Source: a virus (taxonomy: Duplodnaviria > Caudoviricetes). From it: DNA of 53,592 nt. A model generated the notes under the pieces. It saw only the letters and a list, made by a program, of their open reading frames with translations, was not told the origin of the DNA and made no database searches. The translations under genes and the position numbers were made by a program. The DNA is taken from IMG/VR virus record IMGVR_UViG_3300033143_005707, positions 1 through 53,592 of that record; one strand, written 5' to 3'. Positions 37,881 to 47,943 of this stretch are shown here, piece after piece (within the stretch, counting starts at the first letter, position 1; each line of letters begins with the position of its first letter).

Positions 37881-39898
37881 TATACCGCCTCTATATAGTC
37901 TGGTCGTATGCCTTGTTTTCCAAGGCGATTAAATGAGGTTATTACTTTATCCGCAACTAGCTCATCCATTTCATCTTGGCTCATTTTCAATAGCACATCT
38001 GCATTAGTGGCATTTTCCAATATATGAACTTCTAAATTTTCTATTGAAATACCATTGCCACCGCCACTAGATTCTGGACTATTTATAAATGAAGTAAAAT
38101 CTTTATTTTGATTCGGGCTTAAAACACGTTCCCCTTTATCAAGCAAGTATGTAGATTCTTTAGGAACATTAGTTAAGCCTCCGTGGGCAGCACCATATGT
38201 CGTTCCTCTAATTTTAGAAATATCGGACATGCCTTTTGCCAACATGATCCCAGCTGGAATTAAACCCCATGGATAACCACCACCATTTTTATAAGAAAGC
38301 TGAACCGAAGTTGGTAGTGAAACTATAGCAGTCGCCAGAGCAAGAGCTTTTTGAATTTTAAATATTATTTTATTATTAGCCTTAAATGAATTCATCATAG
38401 AGGAGGCATTGCTTAAAGCACCAGCAGCATCTTTATTTCTTATTGCCTTTGCGAATTCAAATGAACCTTTAATCCCAGAATTTTTAATTGAAGCCAGATT
38501 ATCTTGGTGCTCTTGTTCAAGTTGCTCAACTAGTAGCTTATGTTCAGCCTCAGTCATATCGCTCATAACAAAATAGTTTTCTAAATCCATTAACTTAGTT
38601 TCATAAGATATACGGATAGCTTCTTCTTCAGATAATAAAGAAGTAACAATAGCGTTATATTGATCTGTTATTCTTGTTTGTTGTTCTGCAACATACTTGT
38701 CATCTATGCCAGTTAGATCTGGAGCTACAGTTGCAAGATTTTTCTTAGTCTCTTCAACTACTGTTTCTAGTTCTTTAAATATTACAGCAGCTTCTTCTTG
38801 GAAACGCTTAATTTTATCACTAGGCATTTCTTGTTCAACAAGGGATTGTAATTCAGTCTCAAGTTCTTTAGTTCTTTTTCCAGCTTCCTTAGCCATTGTA
38901 TTAATGGCTTCAAAACCAGAAGTGTCAATATCGGTACTGAATAAAAAGTTAAACTCTTCAACCATGCCTTTCATTACATTGGAAATATCCTGCACCTTTC
39001 CAATTATATGTTGAGCAACTAATGAAAATGCAATTTCCAAGCCTTTCCAAACTACATGCAAGCCATGGAACATATCCATTAAGAATCCAATGACGGTCAT
39101 GGCAGCATTTAAACCACTTATCATTCCATTTGAAAATTGTTGTGCAGCATCACCAGCATTTTCCATGGAGCGGCCAAGTGTTCTATCAAAGGCTATTGCA
39201 AGTGATTTTATATAATTAAATATGCCAGCATCGGAAATATTCTTTTTAATGGTAAACCATTTATCTCCTATCATGCTCAGCACACCGTCCCAAGTGGTTG
39301 CCATTTTTGCAGAAGCACCACGGAATTTTGAAGCAGGATCTTCAAATGCTTCAATTAATCTTTTCTTGGTTTCTTCTGCAGAAATAGAAACACCTGCTTC
39401 AAATCCTAACATGGCAGTAATCCCACGTTCGCGAAACATGTCAGCAGCATTTGCTCCGCCAGCTAACATCCTTTGCATTTGGGAAGTTGTGTCCTGTATT
39501 GATAAACCGGATACAGTTGCTAAATCTGCAATCACTGGCATCCATTGGGAAATTTCATCAACGCCACCTTTCACTACTCCTGCCAGAGCAGTCGCAGATT
39601 CCATAATTGCATCATATGAAAATGGAACCGTGGATGCGAATTTTGCCATTTCATCAAATGCTCTTCCGCCTTCTTGTGTACTGCCAAGTAATGCATTCAA
39701 TCTAATTTGAAGGTTTTCAACTTTGCTCCCAACCGCAATAATTTCTTTTGCGGTTAGTGCAAAGGCTGTGACAGCCGCGACTCCTATTACAGCAGAAGTT
39801 TTTGCAACCCTTTTCATTCCGGCTCGCATTTTATCCATCGCCTTAACTGCGTCTTCTGAATTGCCTTTAATAATAAATTGAATTACATTAGTTGACAT
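37880..39898 (-). CDS. Tail tape measure protein
   Basis: Ala/Gly-rich helical, FASTVPF TMP motif, C-terminal AHGG...GERVL. Confidence 0.9.
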   Translation of the reverse strand: MSTNVIQFIIKGNSEDAVKAMDKMRAGMKRVAKTSAVIGVAAVTAFALTAKEIIAVGSKVENLQIRLNALLGSTQEGGRAFDEMAKFASTVPFSYDAIMESATALAGVVKGGVDEISQWMPVIADLATVSGLSIQDTTSQMQRMLAGGANAADMFRERGITAMLGFEAGVSISAEETKKRLIEAFEDPASKFRGASAKMATTWDGVLSMIGDKWFTIKKNISDAGIFNYIKSLAIAFDRTLGRSMENAGDAAQQFSNGMISGLNAAMTVIGFLMDMFHGLHVVWKGLEIAFSLVAQHIIGKVQDISNVMKGMVEEFNFLFSTDIDTSGFEAINTMAKEAGKRTKELETELQSLVEQEMPSDKIKRFQEEAAVIFKELETVVEETKKNLATVAPDLTGIDDKYVAEQQTRITDQYNAIVTSLLSEEEAIRISYETKLMDLENYFVMSDMTEAEHKLLVEQLEQEHQDNLASIKNSGIKGSFEFAKAIRNKDAAGALSNASSMMNSFKANNKIIFKIQKALALATAIVSLPTSVQLSYKNGGGYPWGLIPAGIMLAKGMSDISKIRGTTYGAAHGGLTNVPKESTYLLDKGERVLSPNQNKDFTSFINSPESSGGGNGISIENLEVHILENATNADVLLKMSQDEMDELVADKVITSFNRLGKQGIRPDYIEAV

Positions 39899-40136
39899 TT
39901 TTTTGAATCACCTTTAAGTATTCACTTCGTAAAATTTCAAACATTTCAACAACTATATTTTCTTGTTCAATATAACTTTTTCCATCCGGCCAATAGATTC
40001 TATCAATCCCTTTTTCTACCCTTCTATGACAGTGTGTAAAAGCATCTATCCATAGCTCCATTGGCTCACCGCAAATATAAAAAGAATTATATTCTATTCC
40101 TTCAAAGTATCTTCTTGCGGCACTTCTAACTTTTTT
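39888..40136 (-). CDS. Tail assembly chaperone -1 frameshift extension (gpGT-like)
   Basis: A AAA AAG slippery site at 40136-40130; -1 frame is open to TAA 39890-39888. Confidence 0.8.
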   Translation of the reverse strand, partial: KKVRSAARRYFEGIEYNSFYICGEPMELWIDAFTHCHRRVEKGIDRIYWPDGKSYIEQENIVVEMFEILRSEYLKVIQKNVN

Positions 40137-40498
40137 TCTTCTGTTGCACCTGCAAAACTAGCAGCCATTAAATCGCTCATCATTTCTGAGATTAAGCTCA
40201 TAAAATAAGTTGCACCTTCTTCACCAAACAAATCCTCTTTTGTCATTTCACCTTTTTCTGTTTCATCATCTGTTAAACCAGTTAACGAAACAACATGGGT
40301 TAATAACACTTCACAAGACTTATCCGCAAACTTTAATGAATCTTCAAACGCCATTGTTATCTGCCCATCTTTATCCGGCTGGGACATAAATGGAGCAAGA
40401 GTAATCGCGTCCTTGCGATGTAATCTTTTCATAACCACGACAACCGTGTCGCCTTCAAATTTATATGTTTTCTTAATTTGTTTTGTAAACTTACTCAT
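40094..40498 (-). CDS. Tail assembly chaperone (gpG-like)
   Basis: Between tail tube and TMP, with slippery site near end. Confidence 0.8.
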   Translation of the reverse strand: MSKFTKQIKKTYKFEGDTVVVVMKRLHRKDAITLAPFMSQPDKDGQITMAFEDSLKFADKSCEVLLTHVVSLTGLTDDETEKGEMTKEDLFGEEGATYFMSLISEMMSDLMAASFAGATEEKKLEVPQEDTLKE

Positions 40499-40522
40499 TG
40501 AGTTTTCTCCTAGTAGATAAAA

Positions 40523-41491
40523 TTAATATGCGACTTGAGTATTGATTAAAGTTATTTCCATACTTGAACCACTATCAACACTATATTTTCCTTTCGCTGT
40601 TATTGCCATTTCAATATATCCCGGTCCTTCTGCTGCTGGAGCGGCTTCTTCATATCTCATTGCTGGCAACTTAATCGTTAGTGTTTCATAATAACCAGAT
40701 TGAATTTGAGTAGGACCAGTGAATGTCATTATTAATTCACGTTCGGATTGGCTTAAAAATTCCTGAAACTCATCTTGGTTTTCAAGTTTAATTGTACCGG
40801 AAACAGAAATAGATCTGTTGCTTGTACGCTTAACACGAGAAGGATATTTACTTCCATTTAATGTATGGCTCGCTTCAAGCCCACCATCATCAAGAGTAAT
40901 TGTCATATCCATTATTTCTGTAATTCCAACACCGGCTAATGAAATTGAGTTTGCATCCCAAGTCCAGCGTTTGCCTGAAGGATAACTTGCTGCAACATTC
41001 GCAACTTGAGAAAAGTTGCCACCAACATAATCCACTTTTGCTTTAAGCAATTCACCGTTTGCAATACTGAATTCTAATGTTGACCCATTTAGATCACTAT
41101 ATAACATAGAAGAACCGACATCACGATAAGCATAAACAGTGACGGGATTATTTGCAGACTTATCATCAAAATCAGAAACGCGTGGTTTAAATAAGCGTGT
41201 TTGGATTTGATCAGAGCTAACATTAGAAACTTCTTCCAGTACTGATTTTATCATTGCACCTAAAGCAATCGGCTGCGCTTCACAATCAATAGTTCCATCA
41301 ACTGAACGAGGTCCTTCATAATTATCGCCTTCATCAAATATGCCGCGCATATTTTCTGATAACAAAGGTGGTATCATTAATTTTATATTTTCAGAAAGAT
41401 TAGGGATAAAATGAATTGAACCCACGTCTCCTGCCGTACCATAAGAATTTTGAAAAATAATTCCAAGGTTACTTTTTTGACCGTAAGCCAT
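40523..41491 (-). CDS. Major tail tube protein
   Basis: Phage_tail_tube-like pattern, ends ITLIN...AY; position. Confidence 0.8.
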   Translation of the reverse strand: MAYGQKSNLGIIFQNSYGTAGDVGSIHFIPNLSENIKLMIPPLLSENMRGIFDEGDNYEGPRSVDGTIDCEAQPIALGAMIKSVLEEVSNVSSDQIQTRLFKPRVSDFDDKSANNPVTVYAYRDVGSSMLYSDLNGSTLEFSIANGELLKAKVDYVGGNFSQVANVAASYPSGKRWTWDANSISLAGVGITEIMDMTITLDDGGLEASHTLNGSKYPSRVKRTSNRSISVSGTIKLENQDEFQEFLSQSERELIMTFTGPTQIQSGYYETLTIKLPAMRYEEAAPAAEGPGYIEMAITAKGKYSVDSGSSMEITLINTQVAY

Positions 41492-41682
41492 TATTCACTC
41501 TCCTTTCTAATTTGTTTCTTAACTTTAATAGAAGGCTGATTATCAACCTCTTCTGCTAAGCCTTGTTTAATAAAACTATTTGCCATATCAGCAGGAAGGA
41601 TTTTAATTTCATCTTTTCTACCCATGCCATAGGAAGGAATCATTCTTTCCTCCCCAACCCATTTAACTTCTTTCATTTTCAC
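41491..41682 (-). CDS. Small hypothetical virion-region protein
   Basis: Coupled ORF. Confidence 0.55.
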   Translation of the reverse strand: MKMKEVKWVGEERMIPSYGMGRKDEIKILPADMANSFIKQGLAEEVDNQPSIKVKKQIRKESE

Positions 41683-42125
41683 GATGTTGCTACCTCCATA
41701 TTGAATGTAATGCTTGCGCCTTGAAAATGAACTGACGCTCTATCTGTTTCTATATAGCCTTGCTCAACTTCAAAGTTATTAATTATATCAACTGTTCCAC
41801 CTAATGTTGTATCTTTTAAAATTGCATTTATTATTTTCTGCACATAACCTTCTAATACTTCTTCACATTTTGATGCAGAAATAAGGTCTGTATATTGAAC
41901 AATAATTCTTAATGAAGGAGTTGCTTCCCAATTATTCATGCTACCTAAAGTTCGTGGTGCGTATCCGACTTTGCCCCTGTATATACCTATCCATGGAACC
42001 CTATTTGGATCGTAATTTATTATTTCACCGACTACAACATTCTTGCGATTCATAAATTCCGATACTTCAATGTTTTCATTAAGTATTTTTTCTACAGCTT
42101 TTGTTATGTCGTTGAAATTAATCAT
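41679..42125 (-). CDS. Tail terminator-like protein
   Basis: Position; D.TLGGTV motif. Confidence 0.6.
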   Translation of the reverse strand: MINFNDITKAVEKILNENIEVSEFMNRKNVVVGEIINYDPNRVPWIGIYRGKVGYAPRTLGSMNNWEATPSLRIIVQYTDLISASKCEEVLEGYVQKIINAILKDTTLGGTVDIINNFEVEQGYIETDRASVHFQGASITFNMEVATS

Positions 42126-42622
42126 TTGTTTATACTCTTTTTAACATGTGCGTTCATTATTTTTTCTGCGCCTTCTTCAACTTCTTTATCAACTGGTAAA
42201 ACTCTTCTTTGCGGAACATTTATACCCTTGTTATGAGTCTTAGAGTAAGGTAAATCTGATCCTACTCCTGCAATTTTCTTGCTTGCAAATGGCAAGAACG
42301 ATGCTCTTAATCTCCCAGTGTCTTGTAATAATTTTGCACTTGTATCAATTCCGCTACCTTTAACTCTTCTTTTCTTTACATTGAATCTTTTATCATGCCT
42401 TCTTGATTTTCTTCTGCCGCCAATTTTAAATGGTTGCCAGCCGCCAACACTATCACCTTCACTTTTAAAATTCTTTTGAACCCATCTATCTAAAAATATA
42501 GATATTTTAGTAAAGGTTGTTTTTGTTTCTTTTAACGCTTCCTTGCGATCCCTATATCTTTCCCTTAACGCTTTAAGCGTCGGCTTAAATGTAAACTCAA
42601 CTTCTTTATTCTTTGCCATCAT
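42122..42622 (-). CDS. Virion morphogenesis / tail completion protein (Mu gpG-like)
   Basis: NF..EG, W, LQDTGRLRAS, Y...HN.G..VPQR. Confidence 0.75.
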   Translation of the reverse strand: MMAKNKEVEFTFKPTLKALRERYRDRKEALKETKTTFTKISIFLDRWVQKNFKSEGDSVGGWQPFKIGGRRKSRRHDKRFNVKKRRVKGSGIDTSAKLLQDTGRLRASFLPFASKKIAGVGSDLPYSKTHNKGINVPQRRVLPVDKEVEEGAEKIMNAHVKKSINK

Positions 42623-43049
42623 TAATATCGCTAACTTGATTTGGATCTGTTTCCCATTTTTCAACTTCACCTAAATCAAATATTGGCTTATAACCTGAAG
42701 TAGTTGAATAAATCGTGTCGCCAACTCTGCCGATAACTTCACCACTGGAATCAATCATTGCTTCACCACCTGAAGTTAGGCGTTTGATTCTTTCCATAAA
42801 GTTTTCTTTTAAGGTTTTAGATTCATCAATCTTTAAGTTTCCAATTCTTAAGTATGCAAGTTCAATGCAAAGGTCTTTCATTGTTTCATTGTTATTTGAG
42901 AACGGGACTGTATATGCAGTCGCAAGCATACCTTCAACTTGATTCTCTACAGCACCTAACCAAGCAGATCCAATTTCCGATGCACCACCCACGTTATCAA
43001 TCGCTGGATAGCGGATAACAATATCATCCCAGTCTATATATTTTCCCAT
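42606..43049 (-). CDS. Head-tail adaptor (Mu gp36/gpJ-like)
   Basis: Y...D, L...Y.VP, L.IELAY pattern. Confidence 0.65.
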   Translation of the reverse strand: MGKYIDWDDIVIRYPAIDNVGGASEIGSAWLGAVENQVEGMLATAYTVPFSNNNETMKDLCIELAYLRIGNLKIDESKTLKENFMERIKRLTSGGEAMIDSSGEVIGRVGDTIYSTTSGYKPIFDLGEVEKWETDPNQVSDINDGKE

Positions 43050-43318
43050 TAGTCTACTTCTCCTAATGTTGCTTGAAATCTTATTCTATTTTTATACGGC
43101 TTTCCATTTATCGTGGCTATAGTTTCAGCAACATAGAAGGCTGGAGTATCTGCTATCGTATGGTCAAAATAATAATGGCCATTTCCAGAACTTACCATGG
43201 AACCTGTTTCAACTGCTGTTTCGCTACCAGTAAAAATAGAACAATTAATTACAGATGGAGTGACACCGGAATTAATCATTGTTATTTGAATGGTATCGCC
43301 TATCAAATGTTTTTTCAT
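43049..43318 (-). CDS. Ig-like small structural protein
   Basis: Beta-rich, G.YYFD. Confidence 0.5.
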   Translation of the reverse strand: MKKHLIGDTIQITMINSGVTPSVINCSIFTGSETAVETGSMVSSGNGHYYFDHTIADTPAFYVAETIATINGKPYKNRIRFQATLGEVD

Positions 43319-43322
43319 ATTC

Positions 43323-46022
43323 TTAATTCCTTGTATCTATTTTAATATTAGAATTTTCTGTATTCATAAAAGGTCTATTAGACTTACTTTCACTATATAA
43401 TTCAACTATAGATTCTTCTGTTTTTGTATACGTGTCAACTGGATTATAATCAGGTGAAATTAATTTATTAAATTGATTACCCCATACATAATTTCCTTTA
43501 ACACCATCACCTGCATACAAAGGTATTCCTATTGGTTCTACCGTATGCGGAACATCTGAAAAGAATACAAAAGCGCGTAGTGAAGTTTGCACTGTTTCAA
43601 ATCCTCTTAATGTAATTCTGTAATACCCATTATTTTCTTTAGTAAGTTTAGGGGCAATTGCATAAAATGTTTTCTCATCTGCGTTAGGATCATAATATGT
43701 TATTCTTGAAGTTCCATTTATTAAATCAATCTCAACTACTTGAGAATCATTAGCAGGACTAAACAATCTAAAAAAGGCGTATCTTATATCTAAATATTTT
43801 AAATGAATTGAAAACCCATAAAGAGAATTTACAATAGTAGGGTAGATTCTATAAAGAGCACCACCATAAGTTGAACCGACATTAGGAATCATTTTATCAG
43901 CAGTAAGTTCACCATTAGGATCAGTACCAACATTTGGATCTATAGTACAAGTTGATGTGAGATAAGCGGCATTATCCATCTGTTCACTATATGTTGCTAA
44001 GTTTTCAAACCACTCTAAAGCATGTCCTTTACCTTTAGATGTGCTTATCTCTACACCTTTACTTTTAATATTCATTAATATATAACCACGGACAAGTGAC
44101 CATAACTCTCTTACAATTTCATCTTGTAAGTTTACATTATCAGAAAGTATCCTTTGAAGTCCTTGCGGTACAGGTATATAAGTTCTTATTATTGCATCAA
44201 ATAGCTCGGTATTATCTAGTAATAATCTACTTAGATTTTTATCTTGCAATAAACTATCAACGGCGACTATAGAACTTAAAACACCACGAGTAAATTCTTT
44301 ATTATATAATTGATTATCTGATACGCTTATGCTACTTCCAAATATTCTTACAACAACATCAGCGATGGAGGTGATAAGAGAAGAAATTGCATCTTGCACA
44401 TTTGCCGAATCATTTAATGATCTTCTTAATAACTTCGCTGTTAGCGCAGCATCGTTTAGACCTACTAGGCTAGTCAATCCCCGAGTTAAATTTGAAATTA
44501 TATCAAGTGCATCAAGTATTTCTATTTCACTTGATAAAACTCTGGTAAGAATTATACCTTGTAACAGGCTAATTATCGCATCTGTTATCTCCGTGGTGTC
44601 AGTAAGTTTTCTATTTAATAACTTTTCAATCTGTAAAGATTCATTAAATTCAACTGCGCTTGACAACAACCTAGTTGAATTAGAAACTAATAAAATAGCA
44701 TCAAAGATATTTAACTCACTAGATAAAACTCTGGTTTTTATAACCCCTTGGATTAAACTTACTATTGCATCGGCTACTTCAGTATTGTCATTTAGAGAGC
44801 GAAGTAATAATTTTTCAATATGCAAAGTGTCGCTTGCGCTAACACTCCCAATTAATAATCTAAATAATAAAGCACTTTGACTTACGTTATCATTTATATC
44901 TAATGAGCTTGCCAATACTCTGGTGAATAAAACGCCACCAAATATTTCTCTTAATAATAAATCAAACAGTTCAATATTATCAGTTGCTAAACGAATCGCT
45001 AATACTTGTGCAATTAGTTTATCATTAATTTCTAAGTTACTAGATAAGAATCTTTCCGCTATTACATTTGCAGACTCTATTGTTCTTATTATATTGTCAT
45101 TTGCATCTACGTTATTCGCAGTTGTATAATTTATATCTTGTAATCTTTCTAGCGTTCCATCGTCAACATTAATATTACTACTTAATGTTCTTTCAATGGC
45201 TGCAACATAAAGCTGAATAGTTCTTATTAATAAATCATTTGTATCCAGTGTGCTTAACAATGCGCGAACCAGAAGTTCTTCAACAACGGCACTATCCTGA
45301 ACATTTAAACTTGAGGCTAAAGTAACAAGGTGAAGTGATGTGGATTTTATTTCATCACTTACGTTTAAGCCACTACTTAAAATTCTTAATATCGGTGCAA
45401 CTGAAACAACACTTGAAATAGTATCGTTTAAATTTAAAGAACTGATTATGCTTCTTAGTTTATTTTCATACGCTTGCTGCTGGTCTTGTGCATCTATATC
45501 ACTGTTAAGTGTACGCTCGTATATAGTGCTCGTTGGTGCTGGCGTATAAGTTATAACAACCTGAAGCGTATCTATGTGCCAAGTGTTAGCCGTAGGCATT
45601 CCACCTTGAACCCCGACAACATCTACTTGCATTCCATTTAGCTGCGCAACTGTCCAATCACTATTCCATGCGCCAGTATTTCTTGATCCTAAAGTTTGAT
45701 GGGTGTTAGTAAGTTCTCCTGCTGAACCACCAACTGCACCTTGAGGAGTTCCACCAATAACTAAATCAACTTCAAAACTTTCATCGCCACCATCGGTAGT
45801 AACTCTGCCACGAAGAACTATAGCAACATTAGTAATAGTATCTGCATCAACAATATCAACAATGTCAGCCATATCAATAGTGACAACATCACCTTCACCA
45901 GTTGCATCTGAAGAAATTTCATTCCCATCAGCCGCAGCAATACCTTCAGATATATTACTACCTGTTCCATTCCAGCCTGTGCCAGAATAAACACCATCAG
46001 GAAATAGAATTTCTTCAGCCAT
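43323..46022 (-). CDS. Long repetitive head fibre/spike-like protein
   Basis: Many ~20-23-aa R.L.S.....D repeats; C-terminal NL..YSE...NGYYRI...YVWG.Q carbohydrate-binding-like domain. Confidence 0.6.
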   Translation of the reverse strand: MAEEILFPDGVYSGTGWNGTGSNISEGIAAADGNEISSDATGEGDVVTIDMADIVDIVDADTITNVAIVLRGRVTTDGGDESFEVDLVIGGTPQGAVGGSAGELTNTHQTLGSRNTGAWNSDWTVAQLNGMQVDVVGVQGGMPTANTWHIDTLQVVITYTPAPTSTIYERTLNSDIDAQDQQQAYENKLRSIISSLNLNDTISSVVSVAPILRILSSGLNVSDEIKSTSLHLVTLASSLNVQDSAVVEELLVRALLSTLDTNDLLIRTIQLYVAAIERTLSSNINVDDGTLERLQDINYTTANNVDANDNIIRTIESANVIAERFLSSNLEINDKLIAQVLAIRLATDNIELFDLLLREIFGGVLFTRVLASSLDINDNVSQSALLFRLLIGSVSASDTLHIEKLLLRSLNDNTEVADAIVSLIQGVIKTRVLSSELNIFDAILLVSNSTRLLSSAVEFNESLQIEKLLNRKLTDTTEITDAIISLLQGIILTRVLSSEIEILDALDIISNLTRGLTSLVGLNDAALTAKLLRRSLNDSANVQDAISSLITSIADVVVRIFGSSISVSDNQLYNKEFTRGVLSSIVAVDSLLQDKNLSRLLLDNTELFDAIIRTYIPVPQGLQRILSDNVNLQDEIVRELWSLVRGYILMNIKSKGVEISTSKGKGHALEWFENLATYSEQMDNAAYLTSTCTIDPNVGTDPNGELTADKMIPNVGSTYGGALYRIYPTIVNSLYGFSIHLKYLDIRYAFFRLFSPANDSQVVEIDLINGTSRITYYDPNADEKTFYAIAPKLTKENNGYYRITLRGFETVQTSLRAFVFFSDVPHTVEPIGIPLYAGDGVKGNYVWGNQFNKLISPDYNPVDTYTKTEESIVELYSESKSNRPFMNTENSNIKIDTRN

Positions 46023-46266
46023 TATCTACCCACTGTAAACAGCAGTCTCCTGTTTCTCTTTTTGGCATATTATCAGGCCATTCTTTACAGGCTACATTAA
46101 ATTTATTACAATCAAAATCCGATAGTAAATTTAATTTTTCTGGTTTACGCATTAATTCACAACCATTATCAATATGATAAATGCAATCAGAATTTTCATC
46201 ATTAGGAAACTGAGGAGACTGTCTACAGCAACTACCATCACATTCTCTTGTTTTAATTAGTTTCAT
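46015..46266 (-). CDS. Cys-rich YkgJ-like (CxxxCC) metal-cluster protein
   Basis: CDGSCC...CIY....C...C...C..WP...CC. Confidence 0.55.
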   Translation of the reverse strand: MKLIKTRECDGSCCRQSPQFPNDENSDCIYHIDNGCELMRKPEKLNLLSDFDCNKFNVACKEWPDNMPKRETGDCCLQWVDNG

Positions 46267-46964
46267 TAATTAGTAACTCTACGATTATATTCAATATTTA
46301 TTTTCGTGCCTAAATTTGAAGCTGCTGCTGCTGCTGCCGCTTTAATTTCTAATGCCAAGAAACCATGATCCAACCAAGCGGTATCATTATTAGTATAATC
46401 AACTACTGTATCATTACTTAATTTATATTCAGTAACTACAGCACGTGTATCACCTGAACCATCATAGATATAAGTAAATCCACTTCCAACTGCGCCTGAA
46501 TGATTAGAGCGGCAGCCAAATACACCGAGTGTTGCATTATCTACATTTCCAAATGCCGCCAGTGTTACTGTATAAGTATAGGGGGGAGATCCCCCTCCAT
46601 CACCAACACTGTTAGCAATTTGAACTATTGCACCCGAACCGTTTGAACCACTTGTATCAACTCCTGTAAATTCAAATATGGAATAAGATTCTGCTGCGCT
46701 ATTGGGATTGTTCCAAGATACTACACCTGAACTTGGACTAGATCCCATCGCTCTAAAAATTGTACTTCTATGTCCAGCATAGGTAACGTGAGTAACTTTC
46801 ACCCATGTTAAACCATTTCCTGCTACGCTTGTTGGATCACTATCACTATCATGATTAATACATAGTAATACTAAAGCATCAGCAGTAGGTGAAATACTAG
46901 CTGAATCAAAAGGTGAATTATATGCATTTGACCCACCATCTAATACATTAAGTGCAATAGCCAT
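46266..46964 (-). CDS. Ser/Gly-rich beta-sandwich virion protein
   Basis: Composition and position in morphogenesis operon. Confidence 0.55.
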   Translation of the reverse strand: MAIALNVLDGGSNAYNSPFDSASISPTADALVLLCINHDSDSDPTSVAGNGLTWVKVTHVTYAGHRSTIFRAMGSSPSSGVVSWNNPNSAAESYSIFEFTGVDTSGSNGSGAIVQIANSVGDGGGSPPYTYTVTLAAFGNVDNATLGVFGCRSNHSGAVGSGFTYIYDGSGDTRAVVTEYKLSNDTVVDYTNNDTAWLDHGFLALEIKAAAAAAASNLGTKINIEYNRRVTN

Positions 46965-46970
46965 TAAACA

Positions 46971-47396
46971 TTAAGCCCAATCAGTTTCAGCGATCAAATT
47001 ATTTATATTTGAAAGTAATGAAGGCATCTGAACATTTGTTACAATTAATAAACTAGAATTACCTTCTGCATCTAATCCATTAGAAACAGGTACAGGTAAA
47101 TTAGCTATCATGTAGTCCTTAAATGATTGCATTTCAGATTCAGTAGAAGTTGCAGTAGCACCAACATCAAAAGAAGCACCTAATTCATTTTGAGAATACG
47201 CGCCCATTCCTTGTTTAGTTTTTTCTGCTGCAAATACTTGAACAGCTTTAGCGTTTATAGTTAGTAAACGCCTTAGCTTTTGTTCAGAGATATTTCCATT
47301 TCCCACGAATTCCAAGGAAACTTCATTTGCTGCGATATTCAAACTACGAATAATATTAACAATTTCATGGAATGATTCATGTAATGTTTTAGCCAT
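46971..47396 (-). CDS. Hypothetical protein
   Basis: 141-aa ORF in morphogenesis operon. Confidence 0.6.
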   Translation of the reverse strand: MAKTLHESFHEIVNIIRSLNIAANEVSLEFVGNGNISEQKLRRLLTINAKAVQVFAAEKTKQGMGAYSQNELGASFDVGATATSTESEMQSFKDYMIANLPVPVSNGLDAEGNSSLLIVTNVQMPSLLSNINNLIAETDWA

Positions 47397-47406
47397 TATC
47401 TGACTC

Positions 47407-47943
47407 CTATAGAGCGTGTGAACCGATTTGTATTTCCATTTGTACTTTAAGGAAATCCGAAGCGTTTAATGTTGCATCAACACTATTAACATGATTTCCA
47501 AAAATACCGGAACCAGAACTAGCATGATTAATGATACCAGCAGAAGCAAGAGCGACACCTGTTAAGGTATCTGTATTTCCTGCCCATGTTGCAACTAAAA
47601 TCGCAACCTCATTAGAGCTTACTATAGTAGCTCCAATCTTCCGACTAACTTCACCAAGACCAGCTTGAGTAGACCCAAGTGAACCTTGATTAGTTACTGT
47701 ACCGATTGCAATATATTGAAACGCGGAATTAGTACCAGTGGCATCACCAATCATTAATTCTGCGATTGCATTTAAACCGTCCTTGGTTACAATGTTTTCA
47801 CATTCATGTTTTTCAACGGAACCATCAGCACGAGTAATTTCAAATTTCCATTTACCCTTAACGGCTAAACCGTCACCTAAGTTTCCACCAATAGTCTGCT
47901 TAAATTTATTAAGCAATTTTTGTTCAGAAGTATCTTGACTCAT
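47407..47943 (-). CDS. Virion structural protein (fibre base-like)
   Basis: NIVT..GL, YIAIGT, LGEV.R, AGI motifs typical of fibre-attachment domains. Confidence 0.6.
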   Translation of the reverse strand: MSQDTSEQKLLNKFKQTIGGNLGDGLAVKGKWKFEITRADGSVEKHECENIVTKDGLNAIAELMIGDATGTNSAFQYIAIGTVTNQGSLGSTQAGLGEVSRKIGATIVSSNEVAILVATWAGNTDTLTGVALASAGIINHASSGSGIFGNHVNSVDATLNASDFLKVQMEIQIGSHAL

